Under the pieces are notes generated by a model. It ran no database searches. It was not told where the DNA came from and saw only the letters and a list, made by a program, of their open reading frames with translations. A stretch of DNA of 64,000 bases from Lama glama (taxonomy: Eukaryota): the NCBI GenBank assembly GCA_028534125.1, contig CM052832.1, forward strand, positions 23,686,001-23,750,000. The letters run 5' to 3'. Of the stretch, positions 26,001 to 41,000 are shown piece after piece (the first letter of the stretch is position 1; the number at the start of each line of letters is the position of its first letter). The position numbers and the translations under genes are program-made.

Positions 26001-29000
26001 CGAATGTGTATAAGGGTCTAAAAGGAAGAAAAGGCCAAGAACTGGGGATGGGAAGAAACTTTCATGTAGAAATAGCCAAATGCATCTTTTATTTGCTTCC
26101 TCTCCCCTCAAATTGGATTCTGACAAGTTTCAAACAAAAGAAATGTTGAAAGGATTGTGCTGTGAACACATATATACCCAGCACTTAGATTCTAATGTTT
26201 TGTGATATTTGCTTTATCAAGTAAATAACCATCTTACTGTTTGGGGGGGTGCATTTCGAAGTAAGTTGAATGCATCAATAACACTTTACTCAGAAATACT
26301 TCAGCATACATAGCATGAATTAGAGTTAAATATTTGTTGTGTTTTAATTTAGCAAAAATTTACAGTGAAATGTAAAATTCTTAGGTGTGCCATTTTATGA
26401 ATTTAAGAAATGTTTACGCCTGTGTAATCCAAACCTCTGTCAGGCTGTCAGACATTGCCATCCCTCCAGAAAGTTGCTCCTTCCCTATCAGCACTCAATG
26501 CCTCCTGCCCCCGGGGCAATAGATACTCTCATTTGTTTCATCATGTATATCATTTTGTTGGTTCTGAAACTTCATTATCGATTCAGTTACTCAGTGTGTA
26601 TTCTTTGTGCCTGGCTATTATGAATAAAACTTCTGTGAACATTCTTGTACCTTTTTATAGACATACGTTTATTTCTTTGGGGGTAAATATGTAGAAGTGG
26701 AGTTATGAGGTTATATGATAAGTGTTCAACTTTTTAAGGAAGTGACAGACTGTTTTCTCCAAAGTGATTGTAACATTTTACAGACCCACCAACAGTGTAT
26801 GAACTTTTCTTAACTCTACATGCTTATCAGTGGTTGATTGTCATCTTTTTAATTTTAGCCATTATACTTTGTGTATGATGGTGTCTCACTGTAATTTTAA
26901 TTTGCATTTCTCTGTTGCCTAATAATGTGTTCTTGTCTGTGTGTTTATTGGCCATAATATCTTCCTTTATGAGGTCAGTTCTTTTAAAAATTGGATTACT
27001 ATTACTGAGTTGTAGGAGCTCTTTATAAATTCTCGTCCCAAGTACTTTGTCAGATATGTGTCTTAAGTATTTTCTCCAGTCTGACCTACCAATTCATTTT
27101 CTTAACAGTATCTTTTGATGGGATGTTCTAAATTTTATGAAGTCTGAACTAACCTATTTTTCCCCCTATTTTTACTTACTGTTCTTTGTGTCCCAAGAAA
27201 CCTATCCCAAGGCTGCAAAGAAAAATCTCATATTTCCTTCTAGAAGATTTATAGTTGTGCTTTTATGTTTTTTTCTAGTTTCCTTTTTGATTTAGTATGT
27301 TGTCCGTGGATTATTTAGAAGTGTCTTTCATCATGATCTTAGTGTTTTGAAATATAGAGACTTTTTTGTAGCCCAGCATACGGTCTGCTTAATGAATCTT
27401 GACAAATATGTATACCCTGCAGCTGTTGGGTATAGTATTCTATAGATGTCAGTTAGGTAAGATGACTGATAGTATTTCTTAGATCTTTTTTGTTCTTGCT
27501 GAAAATTTTTGGGGAGGGGGTAGGGAAGTGTTTGGTTAGTCTTTTGTTGACATGTGAGTTTAAATTGTCATGTTTTATTTGGTTGATTTGTCTTTTCCCT
27601 TTTAATTATGTCAGTTTTTGCTTACATATTTTGAGGCCCTCATTCGTGCACTCATCTTCTATCTATTGTGGCTTATCAATGAGTTGCCCCTTTTAATATT
27701 ACTAAATGTTCTTTTAAAAAAAACTTTGGAAATATTTGTCTTGAAATCTACTTTATGTGATATTAATATAGCCAGCCACTCTGTTGCTAGAATAAGCCTT
27801 CTCATGCTTACTAATTGCAAGTTATATCTTTTCTCCATCTGTTTACTTTTAATCTAAGTTTCTCATAGATAGCATGTAATTGAGTCTTGCCCTTTTATCT
27901 ATTTTCTGACTTTTAATTGGAATGTTTACTTATATTTATTATGATTACTGATATGATTGGATTAAGGTCTACCATTTTTCTGTTGGCTTCTATTTTTCCT
28001 ATTTGATTTTTGTTTCTTGCTCCTCTCAAAAGCTGCCTTCTTTTGAGTTAATTGAATATTAGAGTTCCATTTTAATTATTTGTTGGCTTTATATCTCTGC
28101 CTTGTTTCTTAGTGGTCCTCTTGGGATTATGATGTATGTCCTCAACTTTTTAAATTCTACTTTTTGTTAATGTTGTACCATTTCCTGTAAAATTTAAGAA
28201 TCTTGCAACTTTATAGTTTGATTTACTACCCTTCTTCCTGATATTTTATGCTACATATAATTTTTATTACATTTAGATAGTCTTTAATTTTTGCTTTATC
28301 TAGTTACATGTATTTTAAAGAAATTAAGGGGAAGAAAGTTTTTTTATGTTTGCTCGTATATTCTCCACTTCTTCCAGAAGCCTGAGTTTCCATTTGGTAT
28401 CATTTCCCTCCACCATGAAGAGCTGGTAGAGCAGGTTCTGTGGCACCAGATTCTCTTAGTTTTATTTTATCTAAAAGTGTCTTTATTTTACCTTTTTGGC
28501 GTTGGGGAGATTGACTTTACTGAGGTGTGACTTCGGTATAATAAACTGCATCCATCTGAGGTACTCATTGTTTTGGCTGTCATTGAACGTAGCTCAGACT
28601 CTTACCATCTTCTTAGCTGCTTGGCATCTGCCTTACACCCATGTAGTTTACAGGTCTGCAGACTTGGGGCTCCCCTTCTGTGGCTTTTCCTGCATCTCCC
28701 CTTATTTTCCAATGACTGTGGTGGTCACCTCGGTCTGTCCTTTGAATCCTCAACCAAATTTTCTCTCTGAATTTCAACTGTCTACCTGGCACCAACTCAA
28801 AAGAGAATAGGAAGCTCACTCAGAAGAAGCACTTGCCTTCTCAGTGTCTTCTTCCCACCAGCATCTGCTTGCTTTTTGTTGCTTTCCAGTGTATACAGTT
28901 GGTGGTTTTTAATATATCGTCCAGAGTTCATAATTGTTACTGGTCCGATACAAGCTACTCCACCATAAGCAGAAGTGGAACTCTTTTTGTCTGTTGTAAT

Positions 29001-32000
29001 CTGGGTCATTTGAGACTGTTGGTGGTCTTTGCTATATTGGGTTAAAAACCAAGACAGGCAACCAGGCTCATGTGTACTGACAAGTACTGATGAGTACTTG
29101 AATGCTTGTTGTACATGCCAAGACCAAAAATGACTTTGTTTCATGTTACTACCGCAACTTTTGTGTGTAATTTTTTTTTTCTCAATTCCACCAGTTAGGA
29201 AATTGGTACCAAGGACAACCAGGTTCACAATGTCACATGGTTGGCTGGTGGGACAGCTTGGATTCAAATCTTACTTAGTTTTATTTATTTATTTTTTTAT
29301 TCAAGAGCCCACATTGTTAACATTGCATAGTGCTGCCTTATCCCTGTTCAGAATTTACCTGTAACTATATTAGTTCTACCTGAAAATAAGTAGAGACAAA
29401 AAAATAACACGGAAGTGGGGGGGGTATACAGCTCAAGTGGTAGAGGGCATGCTTAACGTGCACAAGGTCCTGGGTTCAATCCTCAGTACCCCCTCTAAAA
29501 ATAAACCTAATTACCTCCCCCGCCAAAAGGAAATAAATAATACAATAAATAAATAAATAAATAAATAAATATTTGTTTTAAAAAAAGAATGACATGGAAG
29601 ATGAAATATCATTATAAAACATGTTATGTTTTAGGAAATGGAAGTACCAGTATTACCGAAAATCTCTCTGCCCATCACCAGTTCTTCACTGCCTACCTTC
29701 AGTTTTAGTTCTTCTGTGATCACAACTTCCTCTCCATCACCGGTTAGTCCTTCACAATCATTAACAAACAAGGTAAAAAAAAATTATACAAGTAGAGATG
29801 ATTTTTGTTTTTTCCTTATTAAAAAAAAATCTAATATTCTATGTAAGGCAGTGATTAATTTGCAGTACAGACACTAACAAGTCAATAAGGAGAAAAATGG
29901 AAATGGTGTTTTGCTTTTTAAAAACATATACATTATAGTGGGATACATTATAATGGGAGCATTCTTCAGTTCTTACGAATGCATTATAGAGAAAGATGAT
30001 TGTAAGTTTGTTTTTCCAAATAGTGGGTTTTTAGTTTTGTGTTTTTGTTTTTGTTTTTGTTTTTGTTTTTGTTTTTGTTTTTGTTTTTGTTTTGGTAGGA
30101 ATGGATTTACATTTTTATTTCTCAAGTAAGATTAACATTTTTAATCTGCTCCTGAAATTTTTATGCTTTCTTCTTGGCTTTTACTTTTTCTGAATTTATT
30201 CTTATAGATGTTATTTTTCTCCTTTAGATAAATGTCTCCCTCTGAGCTCATATACATTGCTCTTCAAAGAGGAAGCCAGTTCTTACAGCAGTTACTGTTG
30301 ACTACTTTTCAGAAATTAAAAAGTGGTTTTTAAATTTAAGAGGAGTAAAATTGCTTTTGGCTTCTTTGGAATAATTAGTTTGCTTAAGGTCTGTGTTATT
30401 GTCAGTTTCTTTTCCTAAAAAGCTCTTCTTGTATTATTTCTTTAATAATTTGGAAAACTAGGTACAAATGACCTCTCCAAACAGCACTGGCAGTCCCTTG
30501 TTTAGATTTTCATCTCCAATTGTAAAATCTACTGAGGCAGATGTACTACCTCCATCATCTGTAAGTAGCAATCAAGGAATATTTTGTATGTGTTGATTTC
30601 AAAGGCGTACTGTTTTTTTAAATCAAATCCAAGGTGCCATTGGTAGTAAGAAATACCATTTTATAACTGAAAAAAAAATTCCAATGTAGAGAAAACTTTG
30701 AATGAACACATATATATTTTCCACCACATATGTATAGACACATACATGCATGTGTAAATTTTCTTATGTGCCATTTGAAAGTTAAGGTGCAGGCATTTTG
30801 GTACCCTTACCACTTTTCGATGTAGCCTCTAAGAAAAAGGATATTCCTTTGCACACCTGCAATACAATTATCATACCCAATAGATTTAACATGATATAAC
30901 AGTAGTTTAGTGTTTATATTCAGATTTACCCATCAGCTCCAGAATGTCATTTAATTGCTATTTTGTGTCACTTGGTCCTTGATCCAATTACAGTTAGAAC
31001 CTAATTAAGTCATAGTGCATTTAGTTAACATGTCTCTTGAATTGACTTAAATTTAGACAAGCTTGAAGTTTTTGTGTCCTGCAATATGTATTTGTTTCTT
31101 TGTAATTAAGTATAAATATTTGGAGTAAAAATAATATATAAGTTTAATGTTCAAGTTGCCCTACCTGTAGTTGGCATGTGTATCATTTTAACATGTTACC
31201 TTCTGTTTTTCACTGTGTCCTTGTTTCTGTAACAGCTAGATGTTTCAAATCATTTTGTATCCTTGCTGCTGCATGCCTGAAATCCATAAAGTCTCATATT
31301 TTTTATTAGAAAATGGTGTTTAGAAACCCAGAACCAGGCATTAGAGACACATTATTATTTTATGTACTGCTTTGAAGGAAAAAAATGCTGAAGAAATTTA
31401 AAATGCTGTTGTTAAACTATGAGACACCATTGACTCTGAAAAGTTTTAGAGATTTAAAATAGGAAAAACTGTGAACCTTAGAATATACGAAATTCAGTGT
31501 ATCTTTTGACTTGGAATTTAAAAAGAGCTTTATATTTGATAATTGTTTAAAACTAAATGGACTACTAAAGGACATGTCTCTCTCTACAGATTGGATTTAC
31601 ATTTAGTGTGCCTGTGGCAAAAACAGCAGAGCTTTCTGGCTCTAGTGGTATTTCAGAACCAAGTACAAGTAGTTCAGGTAAGTAAAATTCTCTCACAAAT
31701 GTTTACATAGAACTACATTAGAAGAGTATTTCAGATTCTTTCATCTTTAGCAGATCTTGTAAATGCTTTCATTTGAATAAAATTAACTCCCTAAATGTAA
31801 ATTACACTTTGGTTGTGAAAGGGGTAGTCACAGCAGCAAACTCATCCACTGTCTTTGTTTAGTCAGAATAAGGAGACGGTTTATCTTAAGTGAAATAAGA
31901 AAATCAAGGGTTGTCTACAGTGTAATTACAGTGGAGTCCATCTCTAGATTTACCCTTCAGTTCATAAGCATTTTATTGCGTCAACATTAAGCTGGCTCCT

Positions 32001-35000
32001 GCAGGTAGTGATACATAATTCCTAAACTGAAGAAATAGGCATAATTGGGGGAAAGAAAGGTGTATTCGGACAATTAAATCATAGGATTTTGTTGTGATGG
32101 TGGTGAGTTTCTTTCAAGTGTTGGGTATTTGGGAAAGAAAGAATCATCTGGGCTGAATGACTCAAGCCAAGAACTCGGAGCAAGGGCATTTTTACCCAAG
32201 AAATAAACAGCAAATGCAAGAGAACAGGAGGAAAACCATGACATACTTTGAAAATTGCAAATAATTTGTCATGAGATTGAGAGGTAGCTTTAAATTTTAA
32301 AAATTCCTAAGTGCTCTGCTGAAGAATTGGATTTTAATCTGAAATGTGGTAGGAAGACACTGGGTGATTTTTATCTGGGGTGAGATGGTGTCTTGGAGTA
32401 ACAGCAGTATGTTGAGTGGAGGTGCAGGTGGGAGGAGTGGGTATTATACAGGCTGAGACATCAGCTAAGAGCTATTGCCTTTGCAGAAGTGTTTCTTTGA
32501 CCATCTTCTGAATTTCGGAATCTTTAAAAACTAGATCCTCCCTCAAAAGATAGATTAAAAAAAAAAATTAAGAGCCAGGACATAAAAGCTACAGAGATCT
32601 TTGGCTTTGGGTGATCTGAGAGATCAGAGCATAGATTATGAAAGTGACACAAAATAAGAATTTGTCTGTTATGTTTGCAATCCTTATTTTTATTGAATAA
32701 AACAGCCCTGTGTAAAAGAAAGTAATAAGCACATTTCAGGTGTACTTCTTATCGCATGTATGTTTTTCTTTACTGTTACTGTGAATTCAAGAAGAATAAA
32801 CCTGTTCAAATTTCATTTTCATACTTGGTTATGAGGGAAAGGCATTAAAATCCTTCCCAATTTTTATTAATGCTTTACTAATGGTAACTGAATGAGTAAC
32901 AATTTGTTAAAACAACTTTCATGTTTCATTACATCTGGGGAAATTACCTAGATTTTTAAGGAGTTTATTATTGAGTGGCACATATAGAATTGTGAGAACT
33001 GTTCTTACATTGCTACATCTGATTTTCATCACTGGCATCATTAAAAAGCTGACTGAAAATGTGGATGTGATGATTTAATTCCCTTGTGTTAGGAGCTAAT
33101 TTTTCCATCTCTTTGAATACACTTCAGGGAATCCTTAAAATTTACCTTAAATTACTAAAAGCAGTTCACTTTTGATAATAAAGGAAGATTGAATGTGATA
33201 AAGTGATAAAAGCATAGTTCTGTTTTGACACAGTTCTACGAGGTAGGTATGGTGTTTCACTTTTTGTGCATTTTTACTAATGAGGTGAAATAGACATAGT
33301 TAATCATTTAGAAAGAACAATTCAGTGGCATTTAGTATATTCATCATGTTGTGCAACCACTATCTCTAACTAGTTCCAAAACATTTTTATCACTCCCAAA
33401 AGGATACCTGTAACATTAACTAGTTGTTCCCCATTTCCAGTTCCCCCCAACTGCTGGCAGCCACCAATCTGTGTTCTGTTTCTTTGTATTTACTTATTCT
33501 GGAATCAGACAGTGTGACTTTTTGTATCTGGCTTCTTTCATGTACTGTTTGTCCACAGGGTTCATCCCTTTTGTAGTATGTATCAGTACTTCATACCTTT
33601 TATGGCTGAATGGTATTCCACTGAATGGATATACTGTATTTATCTATTCATCTGTGTACATTTTGGTTGTTTCCACTTTTTGGCTATTGCTAATAGTACT
33701 GCTGCGAATACGCATGTACTTGCATTTGTTTGAATACTGGCTTCAGTGCTTTGGAGTATATGCCTTGTAGTGGAGTTGATGGATCAAATGATAGTTCTAT
33801 ATTTAGCTTTTTGAGGAACTTCAAAACTGTTTTCTCAGCAGCTGTCTCATTTCACATTTCCACCAGCAGGATTCTCATTTCTCCACATTCTCACGATGCT
33901 TATTATTTTCATTTTTTGATGATAACCATCCTAGTGGGTATGAAGTAATGCTTCACTGTGGTTTTGATTTGCATTTCCCTAAAGATGAATGGTGTTTAGC
34001 ATCTTTTCATGTGTTGTTTGGCCATTTACATATCTTGGGAGAAATGTCTTTTCAAGTTCCTTGCTGATTTTTAAATTGGTTTGTCTTTTTGTTGCTGAAA
34101 TGTGTTTTAATATAGTCTGGATACTAGATCTTTATCAGATACATGATTTGCAAATGTTTTCTCTCATTTAGTCGATTGTCTTGCCATTTTCTTGATATGT
34201 CTTTAAATACATAAAGGTTTTTAATTTTGGTGAAGTTCTGTTTTTGTGGCGGGGTTTTTTGTTGTTTTTTGTTTTTTTTGTTTTTTTACTTGTACTTTTG
34301 GTGTCATATCTAAGAATTCATTGCCAAACCCATGGTCATGAAGCTATACCTCTTCGAAGAGTTTTATGGTTTTTAGTTTGTTGATCCATTTTGAATTAAT
34401 CTTTATTTATGGTATGGAATAGGGGTAGGTAGGTAGGTTTTTTTGAACTACTCTACCTACTACTTTTAAATTGGCAAACACTTAAGAAAAACCTGGTTAT
34501 TTATATTTTATTATGGAAAATTTCAAACATTCTCAGAAGTAGAACAGTAGATGGAATCCCCATGGACTCCCTGTCGACCTTCAACATTTACCATTTTATG
34601 ACTCAGCTTGATTCGCTCTCCCACTCTCCCTCCTTCCCCTCTCACACACACAAACACACGTATCAGGTTATTTTGAAACAATTCTAAACATATTTCATCT
34701 ATAAACAAACATTCCCCCTTAAAAATGTAACCACAAAACGATTATCGTACAGTATAGATCTTATTTTAAATACAAGGAGATGTTCGTTTTAGCAAGTTTG
34801 GGAAATATACAAAGTAAAAGCATTACTCCTTAGATGTAAACAGAATCTTCTGGACTTTCTGACTTGCTCTTTTCCATAACTATGCTTCTAAGAATGATTT
34901 TTGTGGCTGCATAGCATTCCATTATGTTAGTGTTCTGTAACTTATGTAGCTAGCCCTTTTTATTGAGTTTATCATCCAGGTTTTCAGTATAATAACTGGA

Positions 35001-38000
35001 AGATTTTTCAATCTTAGGATGAATTTCTAGAAATATCTGGCTTAGTTAAACATTAATTTTTAAGGTTTTTTTGATCAATATTATAAATTGCAGTGTAATC
35101 AGATACATATTTCAGGCAGTGATCTTGCCCCAGTTGTATATCCTCTCCAGCGTTTTGGTTTGATTTTCTTGATTACTGGTGAATTCATTGGCTAACGATT
35201 ATAGTGTGTATATATATTTGCCCTTTTGGAAGAGAGAGATTTATAGTATGGGAAATGATATTTTTACTTCCTTGTAACGGCAAGTTAACACTGTAGTTTG
35301 TCATTTGTTCATTATCTTTGAATTACAGTGACCTATTTGGTGATGTTTTTAGAAATTGATTAGAAATTGTCTTTGAAATATCTTTTTAATACATATAACT
35401 TGCTTTTTCTTGGCATAGTATCATTTATAATTAAACAAATTACAGCTCAAGATATCACTACGATGAACAGTACAAGCTGTAAGAAGAAGCCGGACGAAGA
35501 TTGTGAGGGCCCTTTTACACCTGCAAAGACCCTGAAAGAAGGAAGTGTCCTGGATGTTCTGAAGAGCCCTGGTAAGACAATGGCTGCCTTTGATAGTCTA
35601 AAATCTTAGTTACAATCTCATGATCTATCGTAATGTCAGTTGTTACACTTTGTTGTACTTCAGGCTTTTAAAAAATTATGACCAGTTTGATAGGAGATTG
35701 ACTTTTGAATATAGGTGGTCAGCTATAAATTTTTTTAGGCTAAAGACCTTAGAAACTCTCCTTATTTCTTTAGAATTGAAGGAAACTTCACACTAAAATG
35801 AAATCTCCAAGGGGGAGGGTATAGAAGGAGAAAATGTGAGTTGCCTATTAATAGAGATAGGCCAGGATGGAAGAAAGTAAGTAAACCTGATGATATACCT
35901 GTCTTTGAGAGCACTGAGCTGTCTTGTTCTTTTCACGTGATTCCCCAGTTGTGGTATATATTTAACAAAGCCAAGTTGAAAGAAAACATATCCTGATGGT
36001 TAACATATATGCATAAGGGGTACTCATCACTTGAAATGAAACAATTGTATGAATACTAGTGGGTAGTAATTTGAAGGTGATGAAGAGAAGTCCTCAAATA
36101 GGAGGCGTGGAAGGTTAATGTGAAAGGTTCTGAGATTTTATTGGAGAGATACTTGGGGCAATTTTGTTTGAATTAGTGTTTAGTGACTTGGCGTGGCATC
36201 TCTTTGGGTAGCATGAGCTCGTGCTCCATTAGGATAGACTCTGCCCTAATGATTTTTGTTTTCTAGATTTTTACCAGATGGTTTAGTACATATCTGTTGA
36301 AATTTGTGATCATATTTGTCACTGAACCATTGCCAGTTTAAAGCTTTATATGAGTTTAATATTACTAAAAATGATCCTTACCACTATGTTGTACTTTGGA
36401 GGGATATCTGTCAAAATCATACCTGCACAGTTCAGTTGGTTTTTACTGAAAGAGAGGCTACCACAATTGAGAATTATGACTGGACAGAATTCAGAGATGT
36501 TGGATATTGGAAATCACTTTGGCACAGCCAAGGGCACATCTGAAAGAAGAGGCAGATGGGGTGGGGGAGAAGCTATGACTGTAGTTTGGTGTTGCAGAAG
36601 GTGGAGTATAGCAAAACGTAGATGATGTATGTATTAGTAAAGTAGTACAAATTAAATCTCAAATTAGGTAGTGGTTGAACTATAGCAAACAAATCCCTAG
36701 GGGAAGATGATATACTAGAAGCAAAACATCTTTTGTAGCATTTTAACTAGATCTGTCACGTACTAATTATGTGATCAGTACTAGAAATACTGCTTAGGTG
36801 AAAAATACTTCCTCCAAGTAGTCCATCCTGGGTTGTACTGACTCTACAGTAGGTTAAAATGTTTTCTCCCAGGAATGATATTTAATTATCAACAGCTATT
36901 ACATAATTATTAATATCTATATCAATATTTATTAACAATATGTAATAGAGAAGCTTTCTAGTCAAAATGCAAACATTAACTGGGTCTCCCCCTCCACCCT
37001 GCCTCCCCGTCGTAGGCTTCACGTCGCCGAAGGCAGAGTCTCCTGCTGCTGATCCAACCACCACAAGCCCAATCGTTTATACAAGACCAGCAATAAGTAG
37101 TTTTTCTTCTAGTGGAATTGGGTTTGGGGAAAGTTTAAAAGCTGGGTCATCGTGGCAATGTGATACTTGTCTACTCCAGAACAAAGTTACAGACGACAAA
37201 TGTGTAGCCTGTCAAGCGACAAAATTGCCACCAAGAGATACTGCTAAACAGACTGGAACTGGGACACCAAGTAAAAGTGGCAAACCAACTCTTTCTGCAC
37301 CAGGGACAGGCTTCGGAGACAAATTTAAACCAGCAGCAGGAACTTGGGATTGTGATACCTGTTTAGTCCAAAATAAGCCTGAAGCGATAAAATGTGTAGC
37401 TTGTGAAACACCGAAACCTGGAACTGGTGTTAAGCGAGTCCTTACGTTGCCAGTGGCTTCAGAAAGTGCTGTAACTGTGGCTGCTTCCTCCTCCAGCTGC
37501 ACTGTGACCACTGGTGCCTTAGGATTTACAGATAAATTCAAAAGGCCCCTGGGATCTTGGGAGTGTCCAGTGTGCTGTGTTTCTAATAATGCAGAAGACA
37601 ATAAATGTGTGTCCTGTATGTCTGAGAAACCAGGTACGTTTATGGCTGTTTGGAATAATTTTGTTCATTACTTTAATAGAACATTTTAATTTATTCTCTG
37701 CAAGACAGCTAAGAGTAGCTTCAGTATTTTAGATATTTCAGGATGAGCATTTCCTCATACGTCCTAATTTTTCTGAACTGTCTTGAGACTGAAATGACTT
37801 GCTTGGGCCTGGAGCTGCATGTTTTCTTAGGACAGGGTATTGTTAATCAGTCCAGCATATGCTTTGACCTCTTCTTTGTATGAATTTTTATCCAAAACTT
37901 CTTGCTTTTCATGATGATTTTCAAAGTTGGCTTATAAAGATGCAAAGGTCTTAGAACAGGGCAGTGTTTCTCAAACGTTTATACAGAATAAAATATTACT

Positions 38001-41000
38001 TTGTTTCTTTAAGTAGAAGTGAGGATGGCTAGTAGTTATTTCCAAGGATGGTTTCATTAAGAGTTAGATAATGTTGCTTTTTGGAAAGGCTGTGGCTGAA
38101 TGTTAATGGTGATACCTGTACCTCTATGTGCTATCTGACAGAGATATTGCAATGATAGTAAATTACTGAATCATTAATGAAAAAATTCTATTAGGCAGCC
38201 AGAAAAATGGAGTTAGATTTGAGTTTTTCCTATTTCTCTGTTCAGTTTTGAAAGAATTACTGACGTTTTACATTGATCTTTCATTCATTTGGAAATGACT
38301 TTGCTGTTTTTGTAATGCTATTATAAAATTATTTGGTACAGATATATGGTAACATGGATACGAAATAAAACATGTTATGAGTATCCTGGGAATTATACTT
38401 CCTATTTTTATTGCATTATTCATGGATGCGTGGTTTTATGTCTGCAATGGAAAGCTCTTTAGTTAGTGGCCTAGACCCCTTGTCTTAACACAAGGGGTGA
38501 GCCATATTCCTAATTCCTACTAGACATCTCCACAGGAATAAAATTTCTGAATCTTTATTCTGAAACACCTTTCCCTTCCCATCTGGCATGGCTCCTCCTC
38601 CCCTAAATAAATAAATAAAGCCCTTGATGTATGCAGGAAACCAAAATTAATTCTGAGTTGATGGAAGAATAAAACTGAGTCAGAAAATAAATTGTTACAC
38701 AAACAAGGGGAGTTCATATATGTATTTAAAAACTTCATCTTTATCCTGTAGAGGACAAACGATCATTGTAAGCAGAAAATGATACAGTTAATGTATTTTT
38801 AATAAATCACTCATTGGCTTTTTGGAGGGTATTTTGGAAGGCAACAAAATTTGGAGACCAGAGGACAGATTAGGGAGTTGTATCAATAATATTGGTAGAG
38901 ATAGTAGTGATGTACACTAATGAAATCAAATAAGGGTGGGGTGTAGAAATGTACAGCTGAAGGCATGTTAATTTCAAGCTGCTAAAGTTGACTGATACGT
39001 GCGAGGCCTTTGGATATACTGATAGTGGAACCTCTGGGCTGGAGATAAAGATTTGGGAGTCATCAGCGTAGGTTTCAATAAGTCGTGGGAGTAAAGGTGA
39101 TGTAAGGTGAGCGAGCAGAGCAAATACAGAAGACAGCCTAAAACTGAACTCTGCTAACTTAAGGGAGTAGCAGGAATAAGACTGGAACAGTTCATCTTTT
39201 GAAGGAGTAACCAGAGAAGGAAAACAAATACCATATGGTGCTGGTTGCTTTCTAGAAGGGTGGATTTCAAGGGAACACATCCAGAGGTCTCAATAAAGTG
39301 GCTGAGATGAGGGGTCTTGAACCAGAATAGCCATAGAAGGGTGAGAAAGAGAATGAAGTAGATCGGAGAGATATGTAAGGGAAGATTGCCGTCTAGCTGG
39401 GGTAGCAGGGTTGATAGTGGAATCACCAATGAAGAGATACCACAGGGATGAAACTCAGAAGTGTGGGTCGCAGGTGCAGATCAGAAAATTTGGTTTGTTG
39501 GTGATTCAAACCATCAGAGTAGATGAGAAGTGAGAAAGACAGTGGATGAAAGATGGCGCAATTTTATTGGCAAGAGGACAAGAACATACTAGTAAACCAT
39601 GAATCAGGTAACTGGGAGAAGTGACAGCAGTTTGGAGAACATTTAGAGAAGTGGGGGTACCAGAATGAATGGCTCCACTCTCAACACTGTATTTCTTCAC
39701 GCAGCGGTGCCTTGCTGAGCCGTCCTTCCTGTGCCGCCGCTCCCCGCAAAGTTGCTAGTTCTGCTTAAAAATGTAAATGTCACCTCAGTGAATCCATCTC
39801 CTGTCCTGTAGTCATTCACTCTTGTTTAGATCGTTTGTCACTCTCCGTCTTGTTGGTGGTGCTGCTGTGTATTTCCGCTTGTTCTACTTTCCCCTTTTGT
39901 AGACCATGAGCACCTTTAGAAGCGAAGCTCCATTTTATTCATCTTTATGTCCTCAGAACCTAAGAACGTTGGTGCTTAATAAATGTCTGTTAAATGGCTA
40001 CCTTGTAACAGAAATGCCATGAACATAGTTGGTTGAATTGCAAAGTGGATAATGGAACACTTCCATGCAAAAATGGTCATTTCAAAGGCAGATCTGAGCT
40101 TTGCAGTCTTGAAATTAATGGTCTGGGCTATGTATTTTATGTGTTAGGCTATTGCCTACGATTTATAACTTATGTTTTATAATGCTGTGCTGTTTAAGAA
40201 AATTGGATAAAGATTCTGAAGGAAAATTTAGTCTTTGAGGCTCTGATTTGAGAGCATGATTTTTAAAAACCATGGCAATTCAAACTTGGGGTTAAGAGGG
40301 AACTCATCATTGAGCAAGGTGAGTGTGAGTTGCTCATTTATAAGATTAAAAGAAATCTGAGGTGTCTGTACTGGTTTTTTGGGGGTTTTTTTGTATTTTC
40401 TCTTATCTTAATAGGAAACACTAATAAAACTTGAACATTTAGACTTAGTGGTGTCACTGAGATATGGACATCATGTAAATTAGAATTTTCCTGTTTCCCC
40501 AAAATTTTTTAGGAAGTTCAGTACCTGCTTCTAGCAGCAGCACTGTCCCTGTGTCTCTGTCGTCTGGAGGCTGCCTGGGATTGGACAAGTTCAAGAAACC
40601 CGAGGGAAGCTGGGACTGTAACGTGTGCCTAGTGGAGAACAAAGCAGATGCTACCAAATGTGTGGCATGTGAAAGTGCAAAGCCAGGCACCAAGTCTGAG
40701 TTCAAAGGTAAGGTGTTGGTAAAGTGCCTCCTTACACGTCCACTTTGTAGACAACTTTGGTTTTAAAATTCTTCATTCTCTATTGAAAATTCATATAAGC
40801 GAGGTCTTATCCTGTGCTTTTAGCTCATATCTATCTCTGAGTTACTCTGAAGTCAGATTATTTGCTGGTCAGCAATGAAGATAAGTATATTTTCTATTCT
40901 CTTCATTTTAGAAGGACAGTGCTGGTTGCAGCCCACTGGATTAATGGCATGACGAATGGGTTACAACTGGTTTGAAAAACACTGCATTTGGGTTTTAGAA

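Noticed and set aside
29416..29490. tRNA-like A and B boxes (also at 10940, 15490, 21290, 47860, 48015)
   Set aside because: These are SINE heads with a shared tail motif and TSDs, not tRNA genes.
29911..30129. ORF with a CFCFCF repeat
   Set aside because: Translation of the (GTTTTT)n microsatellite.
37212..37601. Antisense ORFs over NUP153 exons (also 42451-43002, 45872-46183, 40454-40705)
   Set aside because: Shadow frames of Ser/Gly/Thr-rich coding exons, with no independent gene signals.
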